A DNA stretch of 24,312 nucleotides from a virus (IMGVR_UViG_3300009183_000352:1-24312), one strand, 5' to 3'; positions 8,935 to 17,046 are shown, numbered from the stretch's first letter. Translations and numbers: made by a program. The notes: a model not told the origin generated them from the sequence alone.

Positions 8935-8970
8935 AAAAGAAAACCCACTCAATTGAGTGGGTTTTCTTTT
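8935..8970. terminator. Bidirectional intrinsic terminator
   Basis: Perfect 36-bp palindrome AAAAGAAAACCCACTCAA|TTGAGTGGGTTTTCTTTT between convergent genes; U-rich tails on both strands. Confidence 0.9.
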
Positions 8971-8974
8971 AGTA

Positions 8975-9346
8975 TTATAATCTTTTAATAAGCCATCCAT
9001 TCTCTAAAGAACTATCTAATCCATAAAAGTCACCATTGTATAAATCTAATACGACAGTACCATTTCTTGATATTTTAGAATATGGTAATATGTTTACATT
9101 TATAGAATCTTCTTGGTTTATTATCGCTTGTAACAATCTATGATGCCCATCTGCAACAATATATTTTTTACCACTTTTATATACGTCAATAGGTTTTTTA
9201 TCATCCGAATACATTCCTTTATGTAAAGAATCTACAGCAATTTCCATATTATTTTTATCAGGTAAAAGCCTTTCTATATCAATTTTTACATGAGCACTTT
9301 CGGTAAATACTTTTTCTTTATTTTTATAAAAATCTTTAAAATTCAT
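8975..9346 (-). CDS. ParB/sulfiredoxin-like domain protein with MNFKDFY leader
   Basis: PIDVYKSGKKYIVADGHHRL matches the ParB-N DGHHR motif; TAAATA-N5-ATG upstream (9352-9357). Confidence 0.75.
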   Translation of the reverse strand: MNFKDFYKNKEKVFTESAHVKIDIERLLPDKNNMEIAVDSLHKGMYSDDKKPIDVYKSGKKYIVADGHHRLLQAIINQEDSINVNILPYSKISRNGTVVLDLYNGDFYGLDSSLENGWLIKRL

Positions 9347-9350
9347 ATAG

Positions 9351-9956
9351 TTATTTAATTGTTTTTATATTTGGTAATTCAAAAGGAAATTCGTTTCCTT
9401 CTTTTTTAGGATCAACGATTCTGAAACTTTTTATTATTCTAGGATTAAAAATAACTAACCAAAATTCGTCTCCGCTTTGTCTTATATAATTAGCATCAAC
9501 TCCTTTTGAAACAAGAAAGTCTGAAACTTGTTTTCCTAATAAACCAGGAGCCGCATCATAATTATGAATTAAATTATGTAGTATAGAAATTGGAATAATC
9601 TGTTTTTGAACTCTTTCAGAATATGATTTTAAATTTTCGATTATAGTTTGTTTTTTTCTTAAACCTGATAAGTTTTTTACAAAATCTACTGCTTCTTCTA
9701 CATCAATAGAAACATTGTCTAAGTCTTTATAATTTTTATCTATTTCTAATTCATGAACAACTCTGCCTCCTTTTCCATAGTTTCTTGCAGTTCTTAATAA
9801 ATTCGTACCGTATATACCTACACCATAATTATGACGATCTTTTTTAGATGCTATTAATTGATTAGGAACGGTAAACCATTTTTTTCCTCCATGATAGACT
9901 TTGAAAGAGTCTTCACTCTGCTCATTTAATAAATTGTAAAACTCTTTAAACTTCAT
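9351..9956 (-). CDS. ADP-ribosyltransferase-like protein with MKFKEFY leader
   Basis: VYHGG...YGVGIYGT...ARNYG...VIFNP pattern as in phage/polyvalent ART-like domains. Start reassigned to 9956, 4 nt after the upstream stop. Confidence 0.6.
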   Translation of the reverse strand: MKFKEFYNLLNEQSEDSFKVYHGGKKWFTVPNQLIASKKDRHNYGVGIYGTNLLRTARNYGKGGRVVHELEIDKNYKDLDNVSIDVEEAVDFVKNLSGLRKKQTIIENLKSYSERVQKQIIPISILHNLIHNYDAAPGLLGKQVSDFLVSKGVDANYIRQSGDEFWLVIFNPRIIKSFRIVDPKKEGNEFPFELPNIKTIK

Positions 9957-9960
9957 AACT

Positions 9961-10752
9961 TTATTGTACTTGTATTTTCCGAATAATTTCAGGGGTATAT
10001 TTTTTAACCCATTCAAACCATTGTTCGTTTTTTACGTTTGGATTTTGTTTTATAGCATTTATCAATTGTTGAGCTACTTGATTTGATAATATTTGTCCAA
10101 ACGAAAGCTTTTTACCACTAGCATCAGGTTTATCCACACCATGATGATGTGTTCTATCTCCTTGGATTATACCGTTACTATTTAACCAATCTTTAACTAT
10201 ACTCTCAATCTGAGGTTTTAATTGTGCATCATAATAATAAACTTTAAGACTGTCATTATGTGCTAAAAATGCATCTAATAGTCTATGAGTTTTATAACTT
10301 ATAGGAACCCCAGTATCATTTGATAATTTAGATAATGCAGCATCTAGTTGTCCAAGTTTACTCCAGAACTTAAGTATATTATTTTTATCTTTTGCAATGC
10401 TTATATAATAATTATAAGTTCTGTCTCCGCTTTTTCTTGGTGAATTTTTATTTAAATTTCTTTGACTCCAAACACCATCCGTGTCAAAAACATTTGATGA
10501 GAAATAATTTTTCCATTGGTCACTTTGCTCTTGAGTAAAACCTGTGTTTCTGTGTGCGCCAACAGAACCTCCAACATCTCCTACAATTAGTTTATAAAAA
10601 GGATTATCATATTCTGTTAATATTTTATTGCTTTTTATTTTTTGAATAAAGCTCAAAATCATAGATTTATGACGTTCAAAATCAAAATTTTGTGATTCAG
10701 ATATTATATCCGATTTATCTTTTTTAAATTTATAAAACTCTTTGAAATTCAT
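9961..10752 (-). CDS. Hypothetical protein with MNFKEFY leader
   Basis: 263-aa ORF; GTAAATA-N5-ATG upstream (10758-10763). Confidence 0.75.
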   Translation of the reverse strand: MNFKEFYKFKKDKSDIISESQNFDFERHKSMILSFIQKIKSNKILTEYDNPFYKLIVGDVGGSVGAHRNTGFTQEQSDQWKNYFSSNVFDTDGVWSQRNLNKNSPRKSGDRTYNYYISIAKDKNNILKFWSKLGQLDAALSKLSNDTGVPISYKTHRLLDAFLAHNDSLKVYYYDAQLKPQIESIVKDWLNSNGIIQGDRTHHHGVDKPDASGKKLSFGQILSNQVAQQLINAIKQNPNVKNEQWFEWVKKYTPEIIRKIQVQ

Positions 10753-10768
10753 AATAATATTTACTCTT

Positions 10769-11206
10769 TTATAGCAACTCCTCTGATCTTAAGTATATAT
10801 CTTTTACTTTTGGACCATTACTATAATGACTTATCATATCATCATCAGGACGCATTCTTGGGTTTATTTGTCTTGCTGCTCTGGCTATTTTAAGTGCATC
10901 TTGTCTAGACAAGAATCTTCCTTCGGAAGTGGTAAAACCATCTTCAAGAATATCGTTTATTATTTTATAACCATCTTCTTCGTCTTGAAGTTCTCTTATT
11001 CCATTTAAGAATTTATCGGTTATACTTTTTGGAAACCAACCCTTGTCCCATGCAGTGGTTTGTGCATCATAGTGAAAGTCTCCCTCTATTATTTCTCCTG
11101 TTTTTTTATTTCTAATAGCAGCACTTGAGATAGATTCTTCTGGTGTTATCTTTACTCCAGTTACAGATAAATTTTCATATAATAAGAAGAACATTTTAAA
11201 TCTCAT
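10769..11206 (-). CDS. Conserved phage hypothetical protein with MRFKMFF leader
   Basis: AAI...G.FH...GFTTSEGRFLSRQDALKIA...LRSEEL pattern recalled from phage hypotheticals. Start reassigned to 11206, 4 nt after the upstream stop. Confidence 0.65.
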   Translation of the reverse strand: MRFKMFFLLYENLSVTGVKITPEESISSAAIRNKKTGEIIEGDFHYDAQTTAWDKGWFPKSITDKFLNGIRELQDEEDGYKIINDILEDGFTTSEGRFLSRQDALKIARAARQINPRMRPDDDMISHYSNGPKVKDIYLRSEELL

Positions 11207-11210
11207 AAAT

Positions 11211-11726
11211 TTAGTTAATATCTTCATGGATATTATATGAATTATATGCGACGATTTCATACATACCGTCTCCTCGATTAACAATTATTCCATCATGATT
11301 GTTTTTTTGTAAAGCAGATTGCACCCATTTGCCTAATGCCCCATATTTTTCATAATCTTTATTAGTTCTATCCAATACTTTTTGTTTATCCCATCCAATC
11401 TGTAAAAGAATTTCTAAAATTGGAAAATGAGTATGGTGAGTAACTACAACAGGATTATTAAGAGTAACTATAACACTTGCTAATCTTCTCGTTATTCTAT
11501 TATCTTCTCCAGAGGATGGATCAAAAGTTAAGTATGTTTCTGCCATCTTTTTGGAAGTTGTTAGATATATACCAGAACCTAAATCACCTAATCTTGCTAT
11601 TTTAAAAGATTGTCCTGGTTTAGTTTGAGTTGCTCTATAAGCAGGAATAGTAATTGGAACTCCTGTCTTAATATTTTCTAAATCGTTTGATTCAACTACT
11701 AATTTATATAATTGATTAAAATTCAT
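11211..11726 (-). CDS. ADP-ribosyltransferase-like protein with MNFNQLY leader
   Basis: AYRAT...GDLGSGIYLTTSKKMAETY...LNNPVV...HDGIIV...EIVAYN, matching the ART-PolyVal-like pattern; TAAACA-N5-ATG upstream. Confidence 0.65.
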   Translation of the reverse strand: MNFNQLYKLVVESNDLENIKTGVPITIPAYRATQTKPGQSFKIARLGDLGSGIYLTTSKKMAETYLTFDPSSGEDNRITRRLASVIVTLNNPVVVTHHTHFPILEILLQIGWDKQKVLDRTNKDYEKYGALGKWVQSALQKNNHDGIIVNRGDGMYEIVAYNSYNIHEDIN

Positions 11727-11750
11727 AATTTTGTTTATCCTGTAAAGTCT

Positions 11751-12158
11751 TTATTCATGAGTTTGAGAAAAAATAATTAATTCTCCCAACACTTCGATCA
11801 AACCTACAATTTTTTGAAATTCTGTTTGTTGCATTTTGATAGTGCCGTCCATAGCATCATTTAATTGGTTAGTAAGTTGTTTCAATTGCTTTTTTGCTTG
11901 ATCTATATCAAATTTACCATTTGCTGCTTTTTTATAATGCGGCAATTTTACTTTGAAGTGATGATATGTTAGCATAGCAGAACCACCTTTTTCATGTGCC
12001 GCATCAGCTATCTTTTCAGCACCAGAATTGCGTTTTTCCGCAAATTCTTGAAATGCGTCTTTTTGCGTTTCTTTTTTCTTACTTTCGGAACATAAACTTT
12101 CGCTCAATTCTCTAGAATAGGTTTTTGAAAAATTTAAATAAAAATCATTGAAATTCAT
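11751..12158 (-). CDS. Hypothetical protein with MNFNDFY leader
   Basis: Start reassigned to 12158, supported by TAAATA-N5-ATG (12164-12169) and the shared leader. Confidence 0.7.
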   Translation of the reverse strand: MNFNDFYLNFSKTYSRELSESLCSESKKKETQKDAFQEFAEKRNSGAEKIADAAHEKGGSAMLTYHHFKVKLPHYKKAANGKFDIDQAKKQLKQLTNQLNDAMDGTIKMQQTEFQKIVGLIEVLGELIIFSQTHE

Positions 12159-12162
12159 ATAC

Positions 12163-12669
12163 CTATTTAATATATTCACGGATATTATTATTCACCGAGA
12201 TATAATAATCACGATATTTTTCACTTTCTTCTTTAATTAGTTTGATTTGTTCGTTATAATCAGCGTGCATTATAAAGTCAAAACGGTCTGCATGTGGCAA
12301 ATCTATTATGTGACCAAATTCATGTAATGCGGTAGATCGTAAATCATACCCAACTCCTAAAACTTTTCTCCACCCACCAACATTCCATTTTTCTCTTGTA
12401 TCAAATGATATTTCCCATGATGTTGGATTTTTTAGTTGTCGACACTCTCCAATTCTGTTTGGGTGTGATATTTTATTTATTTTTGTGTCAAACGCAAATC
12501 TGATTTGTAAATCACCAGTACCTTCTACAAATTCTACTAAACCTTTAAGACATGAGTTCCATTCCTTTGCGGCTATTTGTATAGACTCTTTAATTTGTTG
12601 ATGAGATAAATTCTTAGGTTTATCAATTGGTAAATAGTTCCAGTGAACAATAGTATGTTCTATATTCAT
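12163..12669 (-). CDS. Matrixin (M10-like) zinc metalloprotease
   Basis: HEFGHIIDLPH (HExxHxxxxxH) and downstream Met-turn IMH; no signal peptide. Confidence 0.85.
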   Translation of the reverse strand: MNIEHTIVHWNYLPIDKPKNLSHQQIKESIQIAAKEWNSCLKGLVEFVEGTGDLQIRFAFDTKINKISHPNRIGECRQLKNPTSWEISFDTREKWNVGGWRKVLGVGYDLRSTALHEFGHIIDLPHADRFDFIMHADYNEQIKLIKEESEKYRDYYISVNNNIREYIK

Positions 12670-12674
12670 ATATC

Positions 12675-12692
12675 TATTTATAAAGATAAATA
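12675..12692. promoter_or_regulatory. Back-to-back divergent T4-type late promoters
   Basis: Minus strand TATAAATA (12675-12682)-N5-ATG 12669; plus strand TAAATA (12687-12692)-N5-ATG 12698, within a 28-bp gap. Confidence 0.7.
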
Positions 12693-12697
12693 AAAAT

Positions 12698-13000
12698 ATG
12701 AACGATCCTCTCGCAACAATCTATGAAAATAATATGCTTCGTGGCATTGGAGCAGCACTAACACTTGCTACATCTCCACTTGCTGCAAAAGATTCTCCGC
12801 AAGATTATAAAACTGCTGCATCTCAAATTGCAAATTATATTAAAACTTTTGATTCACAAATAAATTTGACAAATGATGCTAATAAAAGAAACAATTTATT
12901 AAAACAAAAAGAAAATGAAATTTCCCGTTTAAAATTTATAATTAATAAACTTCGTGAAATGGGAGTTTCTGATGATGAAATAAGAAAATTAAATAAGTAA
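12698..13000 (+). CDS. Hypothetical protein, hydrophobic segment plus coiled coil
   Basis: MNDPLATIYE followed by MLRGIGAALTLATSPLAA and a helical charged region. Confidence 0.7.
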   Translation: MNDPLATIYENNMLRGIGAALTLATSPLAAKDSPQDYKTAASQIANYIKTFDSQINLTNDANKRNNLLKQKENEISRLKFIINKLREMGVSDDEIRKLNK

Positions 13001-13005
13001 AAGAT

Positions 13006-13389
13006 ATGTATCTTCAACCAAGCACAAGCATAAGTTATAATGACCGCAGACAATTATTTGCATGGGAATTAATGACAGGCGGACACGGACAAGTTTATTT
13101 GAGTGGAGCAGGAACTTTTACTCCTAGCAATTCCTCTTTTGTATTTTATAAAATTGATTTCTTAACAAATTCTGTGGTTTCTAATGCAGGATTTCGTTCT
13201 ATAGCAGACGATAATAGAACCTTAATTTATCAAGTAAATGGGTCAAGCTTTACAAACGTTGCTTTCACTTCTAGTCAAACATGGTATGCACCATTAACAA
13301 GCATTACTCTTGCAAGTGGTAAGGCTATTGCTTATCAATATTCTAAGTTCCCACCAGAGGACTATATTTGTTCATCTTCTTGTAGATAA
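13006..13389 (+). CDS. Hypothetical Ser/Thr/Gly-rich protein, possibly virion structural
   Basis: Beta-rich-looking composition; TAAGTA 6 nt upstream. Confidence 0.6.
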   Translation: MYLQPSTSISYNDRRQLFAWELMTGGHGQVYLSGAGTFTPSNSSFVFYKIDFLTNSVVSNAGFRSIADDNRTLIYQVNGSSFTNVAFTSSQTWYAPLTSITLASGKAIAYQYSKFPPEDYICSSSCR

Positions 13390-13391
13390 TT

Positions 13392-13529
13392 ATGGCTGGA
13401 AAAAAAGACGCATGTTATCATAAAGTAAAGGCACGTTATCGGGTATTCCCTAGTGCTTATGCCAGCGGTGCTCTTGTAAAGTGTCGTAAGAAAGGTGCAA
13501 GTAATTGGGGAAACTCTAAAAAGAAATGA
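13392..13529 (+). CDS. Small basic protein (45 aa), absent from the ORF track
   Basis: MAGKKDACYHKVKARYRVFPSAYASGALVKCRKKGASNWGNSKKK*; motif recalled from T4-like aquatic phage proteins; ATGA overlap with the next ORF. Confidence 0.8.
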   Translation: MAGKKDACYHKVKARYRVFPSAYASGALVKCRKKGASNWGNSKKK

Positions 13530-13774
13530 ATCAATTTGACAGTTTTGTAAATTCTATCTTAGGAGAAGAAAGTCTTCATGACTGGTTTTCTCATAAAAGT
13601 GGCGGTAAGCCAGGATGGGTAGACTGCAAAACTAAAAAACCTTGTGGACGACAAAAAGGCGAGAAGCGTAAAAGCTATCCCGCCTGTCGTCCAACACTTT
13701 CTCAATGTAATTCATCTATGAGAAAAAAGAAAAGCTCTAAGAGAATATCTTGGAAATCTAAAAAGAAAAAGTAA
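13526..13774 (+). CDS. Small basic Cys-containing protein with MNQFDSF...GEES leader
   Basis: ESLHDWF...GWVDCKTKKPCGRQKGEKRKSYPACRPT; motif recalled from T4-like phage hypotheticals. Confidence 0.75.
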   Translation: MNQFDSFVNSILGEESLHDWFSHKSGGKPGWVDCKTKKPCGRQKGEKRKSYPACRPTLSQCNSSMRKKKSSKRISWKSKKKK

Positions 13775-14063
13775 TTTTCTTCTCTTCTTCTATTTTAATA
13801 AACTCGTTCTTTTTAAGGTTAATTATAACTCTTTCAGAAAGACCGTGTATCTTATAAAGTTCATGATAGATAAACGGAAATAAAATTCTATCTTCTTTGT
13901 TTACATAAAAGTAAACGCTTTTATAATCTTCAATTTTTTCAGGAGATACTTCTGTATATCCGTCACAATTAGCTGTAATGTTTGTAAGTTGTGATTCAGT
14001 CTGTTTTTGAGGAAGAATCTTAATCTGTTTTTTTGGTTTTTTCGATTTGTATGATCTTTTCAT
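13758..14063 (-). CDS. Hypothetical protein
   Basis: 101-aa ORF, last gene of the minus-strand run. Confidence 0.55.
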   Translation of the reverse strand: MKRSYKSKKPKKQIKILPQKQTESQLTNITANCDGYTEVSPEKIEDYKSVYFYVNKEDRILFPFIYHELYKIHGLSERVIINLKKNEFIKIEEEKKITFSF

Positions 14064-14331
14064 CTAGTAGTATTGTTAGTCGTTCAAAAAGGAAAGAGAA
14101 TGCCGAGCCTGCAAAAGGCAATGCAGGATTGTAATTTCGGAAAAATAAAAAGGAGATTAATAACGATGCCCAAAATCCTGTGCATAGTGAGCATTTAATT
14201 AAGTCTCTACTAAAAGAGTATTGATTTAAAAACTGTCGAACCCCAAGTTTATCCATAATTGTAGCATGTACAACTGTAAATGTTAAACCTGCGGAGGAAA
14301 ATAAGAATAATATTAAATCGGATAGATTCAT
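14020..14331 (-). CDS. DUF1360-like small membrane protein
   Basis: Hydrophobic helices with LIKCSLCTGFW (CxxCxxxW); 4-nt overlap with the S8 protease stop. Confidence 0.65.
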   Translation of the reverse strand: MNLSDLILFLFSSAGLTFTVVHATIMDKLGVRQFLNQYSFSRDLIKCSLCTGFWASLLISFLFFRNYNPALPFAGSAFSFLFERLTILLDEKIIQIEKTKKTD

Positions 14332-15323
14332 TTGATTTTGAAAAATTTAAGAATTTTATTAAAGAAGGTTTGTATTTTACTCTTTTTTGGAAGTCCTTGA
14401 ATAGTTACAACTTCTCCAAAAATACTTTCTGGATTAATTATTCCCCATCCACTTGTAGAGTCCCAACCTTTATTACCTACATCAAGAGCAGTACTATATA
14501 ACATTTTCTTTACTTCGTCAACACTTAAGTTTTTGTTTTCTGCTTTATATTTAGAGAGAATAAGAGCAACAACACCACTAACAACAGGAGTTGCCATAGA
14601 TGTTCCAGATAATACTGCATATCCTTTATTAAGATATGTTGAAAGAATTTTATCTCCTGGTGCCATAATATCTAATTCTTTTCCCCATGATGAAAAACTA
14701 GAACGATCTTTTAAGATTGTATCAGAGTAAGAACCAACGGTTATAACCTCTTCGTATTTTGCAGGATAAAGAATATTCTCCTCACCATTATTACCTGCTG
14801 CACAAACAATTACAACACCGTGATTTGTTAGTTTTTTAATAACTTCATGAACTTCTGGCATTGGACTTGGACCACCAAGACTAAGGTTAATTACATCTGG
14901 AAGAATTTTTAAACAGTATTGTAATCCTTTTAAAATACTATCGTTTTGACTACGCCCATTTTTATCTAAAACCTTTGCAGTAATAATAGTAACTTCTGGT
15001 GCAATACCAACAATACCTTCTGTGTTATCAACTGCTCCTATAGTTCCTGCACAATGAACTCCATGACCAACATATGAATCGAATATATCTTCACCTTCAA
15101 TAAAAGAACGACATTTACTTAAATCAATGTTTCTCATTAAATCTACATGATCTATTGGACAACCAGTGTCTAACACCATTACTACAACTCCTTTTCCTTT
15201 TGTTTTACTCCAAATTTTAGGGATATTTAAGTCTCTTACATTTTGAGGGTAAATTTGAGATAGGGCTTGTGCGCTACCTATATCGTGGATTTTGTAATCA
15301 GGGAGAAAGCATTCATTGTTCAT
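14328..15323 (-). CDS. Subtilisin-like S8 serine protease
   Basis: Triad VLDTG / GHGVHCAG / SGTSMATP and oxyanion AAGN; similar to intracellular serine proteases, no signal peptide. Confidence 0.93.
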   Translation of the reverse strand: MNNECFLPDYKIHDIGSAQALSQIYPQNVRDLNIPKIWSKTKGKGVVVMVLDTGCPIDHVDLMRNIDLSKCRSFIEGEDIFDSYVGHGVHCAGTIGAVDNTEGIVGIAPEVTIITAKVLDKNGRSQNDSILKGLQYCLKILPDVINLSLGGPSPMPEVHEVIKKLTNHGVVIVCAAGNNGEENILYPAKYEEVITVGSYSDTILKDRSSFSSWGKELDIMAPGDKILSTYLNKGYAVLSGTSMATPVVSGVVALILSKYKAENKNLSVDEVKKMLYSTALDVGNKGWDSTSGWGIINPESIFGEVVTIQGLPKKSKIQTFFNKILKFFKIK

Positions 15324-15328
15324 GAAAA

Positions 15329-15336
15329 TATTTATA
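15329..15336 (-). promoter_or_regulatory. T4 late promoter consensus
   Basis: TATAAATA-N5-ATG(15323). Confidence 0.7.
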
Positions 15337-15353
15337 CATTTTACAAAAAATAA

Positions 15354-15782
15354 TTATCTAATTCCTGAACTTCCAAAACCTTTTTCTCCACGATCTGTTT
15401 GACCTAGATCTTCAACTTCAAATATAGGCCAATTTGTAAGAGGAATAGGTACAAGCTGTGCAATTTTATCACCCTTATTAATAAATATGTTTCCATTAGT
15501 ATGTGTCATTACAATAGAAAGTTCACCAATGTATGCTTGGTCAATAACTCCGCCAATAACAGAGAAACCTTTACTTGCCATAGATGAACGGTCTTTAATA
15601 AATCCTCCCCAACCTTCAGGAAATCCAACAGCAATTCCTGTTTTAACTTTTGTAGGATATTGTGCGCTTAAAGAAACAGTTTCATCTGCATAAAGATCAT
15701 AACCAAGATCAGTTGGATGCGCCTTTGTTGGAAGCTTTGCAGTATCAGATAATTTTTTAACTTTTAATTTGTCTGTAATCAT
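15354..15782 (-). CDS. dut: Trimeric dUTPase
   Basis: GYDL, DRSSMA, GVIDQAYIGE, KIAQL and RGEKGFGSSG (motifs I-V). Confidence 0.95.
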   Translation of the reverse strand: MITDKLKVKKLSDTAKLPTKAHPTDLGYDLYADETVSLSAQYPTKVKTGIAVGFPEGWGGFIKDRSSMASKGFSVIGGVIDQAYIGELSIVMTHTNGNIFINKGDKIAQLVPIPLTNWPIFEVEDLGQTDRGEKGFGSSGIR

Positions 15783-15783
15783 A

Positions 15784-15969
15784 TTATTTTTCGTAAACAG
15801 TTACTGTGTGACGATTTTGTAAAGTAAGCTTATAGTAAATCATTCCGCTATCAGTTGTAATTTCAAGTGCATAAAGATTAGAACCGTCATCGTCATGTTT
15901 TTGCAGCATTTCTTTTGCTTTTTCTCGACAGTTTTGGTGTGGAATATAATCTAGGGTAATTTTATTCAT
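15784..15969 (-). CDS. Hypothetical protein
   Basis: 61-aa ORF tightly packed between neighbours. Confidence 0.55.
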   Translation of the reverse strand: MNKITLDYIPHQNCREKAKEMLQKHDDDGSNLYALEITTDSGMIYYKLTLQNRHTVTVYEK

Positions 15970-16612
15970 AATTTAATTCTTTTTTCTTATCTTGAATCAA
16001 GTCAACTGTTTTAGCATATCCACATAAATCAATAAGATTATCACGTTTTGGTAGAAACTTTTCTCTGGCAATTTTTACTCCAGCCATCATTAATCCAACT
16101 TTTTCAGGATCAATATCAGGAAGGTTTAAAATCATACCCCAAACACGACCAATATCCTTAAAATTATCATACGGATGACCATATGTAGATTGTCGATCAG
16201 AACTTACAAGATAATCTGCAATCTCGCAAATAGATTTTTCATGAACTTTTTTTTCATTACTATCACAGTTTAAACTCTCATAGTTTTCGTCAAAGGTTTT
16301 AAGGCCCATTAATTTTGAGCAATGATGTTCAAGATTTGCACCTTTACTATTTTCCCAACCATTTAAAAATACAACAACATCAGCATTTTTAATAAGATTA
16401 AGAGATTCTCTGATATAATAAGAATAACATTTTCCAGTTTCTCCATTTGCAATGCGAGCAGGATTTAAGATATGCTTATATCCCATCTTTTTTAAATCTT
16501 CTTCAACACTGAGAAACTTAGGATAGTTATAACTTGGCAAGCCAGTCATTGGACCTGCAATATAAATTCGACACTCACGGTTGTAGTTTACTACATCTTT
16601 TAGATTATACAT
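15962..16612 (-). CDS. DUF4406 (nucleoside deoxyribosyltransferase-like) and DUF6378 fusion
   Basis: N-half IYIAGPMTGLP..N...LNPA...GWENSKGANLE; C-half DRQSTYGHPYDNF..I..VW...MMAGVKIAR...DNLIDLCGYA. Confidence 0.75.
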   Translation of the reverse strand: MYNLKDVVNYNRECRIYIAGPMTGLPSYNYPKFLSVEEDLKKMGYKHILNPARIANGETGKCYSYYIRESLNLIKNADVVVFLNGWENSKGANLEHHCSKLMGLKTFDENYESLNCDSNEKKVHEKSICEIADYLVSSDRQSTYGHPYDNFKDIGRVWGMILNLPDIDPEKVGLMMAGVKIAREKFLPKRDNLIDLCGYAKTVDLIQDKKKELNYE

Positions 16613-16614
16613 AA

Positions 16615-17046
16615 TTAGAGATTTTTATTTTGCTTTCTATTTTTTTGTAGTGTAATTTCTCCGCGACGACGAACACCATCTTTATCTGTTTCATAAAGTG
16701 TAGGTTCTTTGTTAAAACGATTAAAAGCAGTTTTATATGAACGAACTGTATTTTTAATCTTAAGTTTTTTATTCTTTTGAGATTGCTTATAAATCTTTTT
16801 AAGAACAATTTTTTCCTTTACCTTGCTGATAAAATCAAAAGATAATACATTTTCAAACATTGCATAAAACTTAATAAACATATTGGATATTGAAAAATCT
16901 AAACCTTTATAAGCATGTATAAATGAATCTATTGAAGGTCGGAGCATATTGTTGTATTTTTTAATTTCAACTTCTTCGTTTTTTGGTGTTTTCATTATTT
17001 CTGATTTCTTGTTAAAGAGTGATGTTATATCTTTTGTTATTCGCAC
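16615..17046 (-). CDS. Basic hypothetical protein
   Basis: 143 aa, GTG start preceded by a promoter-like element. Confidence 0.6.
   Translation of the reverse strand: MRITKDITSLFNKKSEIMKTPKNEEVEIKKYNNMLRPSIDSFIHAYKGLDFSISNMFIKFYAMFENVLSFDFISKVKEKIVLKKIYKQSQKNKKLKIKNTVRSYKTAFNRFNKEPTLYETDKDGVRRRGEITLQKNRKQNKNL

Noticed and set aside
8935-8970. 36-bp perfect palindrome as a protelomerase or recombination site
   Set aside because: Its position between convergent stops and its A/T tails are fully explained by a bidirectional terminator.
9957-12179. Longer track starts at 10016, 11284 and 12179 (also 2306 for rnh)
   Set aside because: They overlap upstream genes; internal ATGs match the shared leader, promoter spacing or tight packing.
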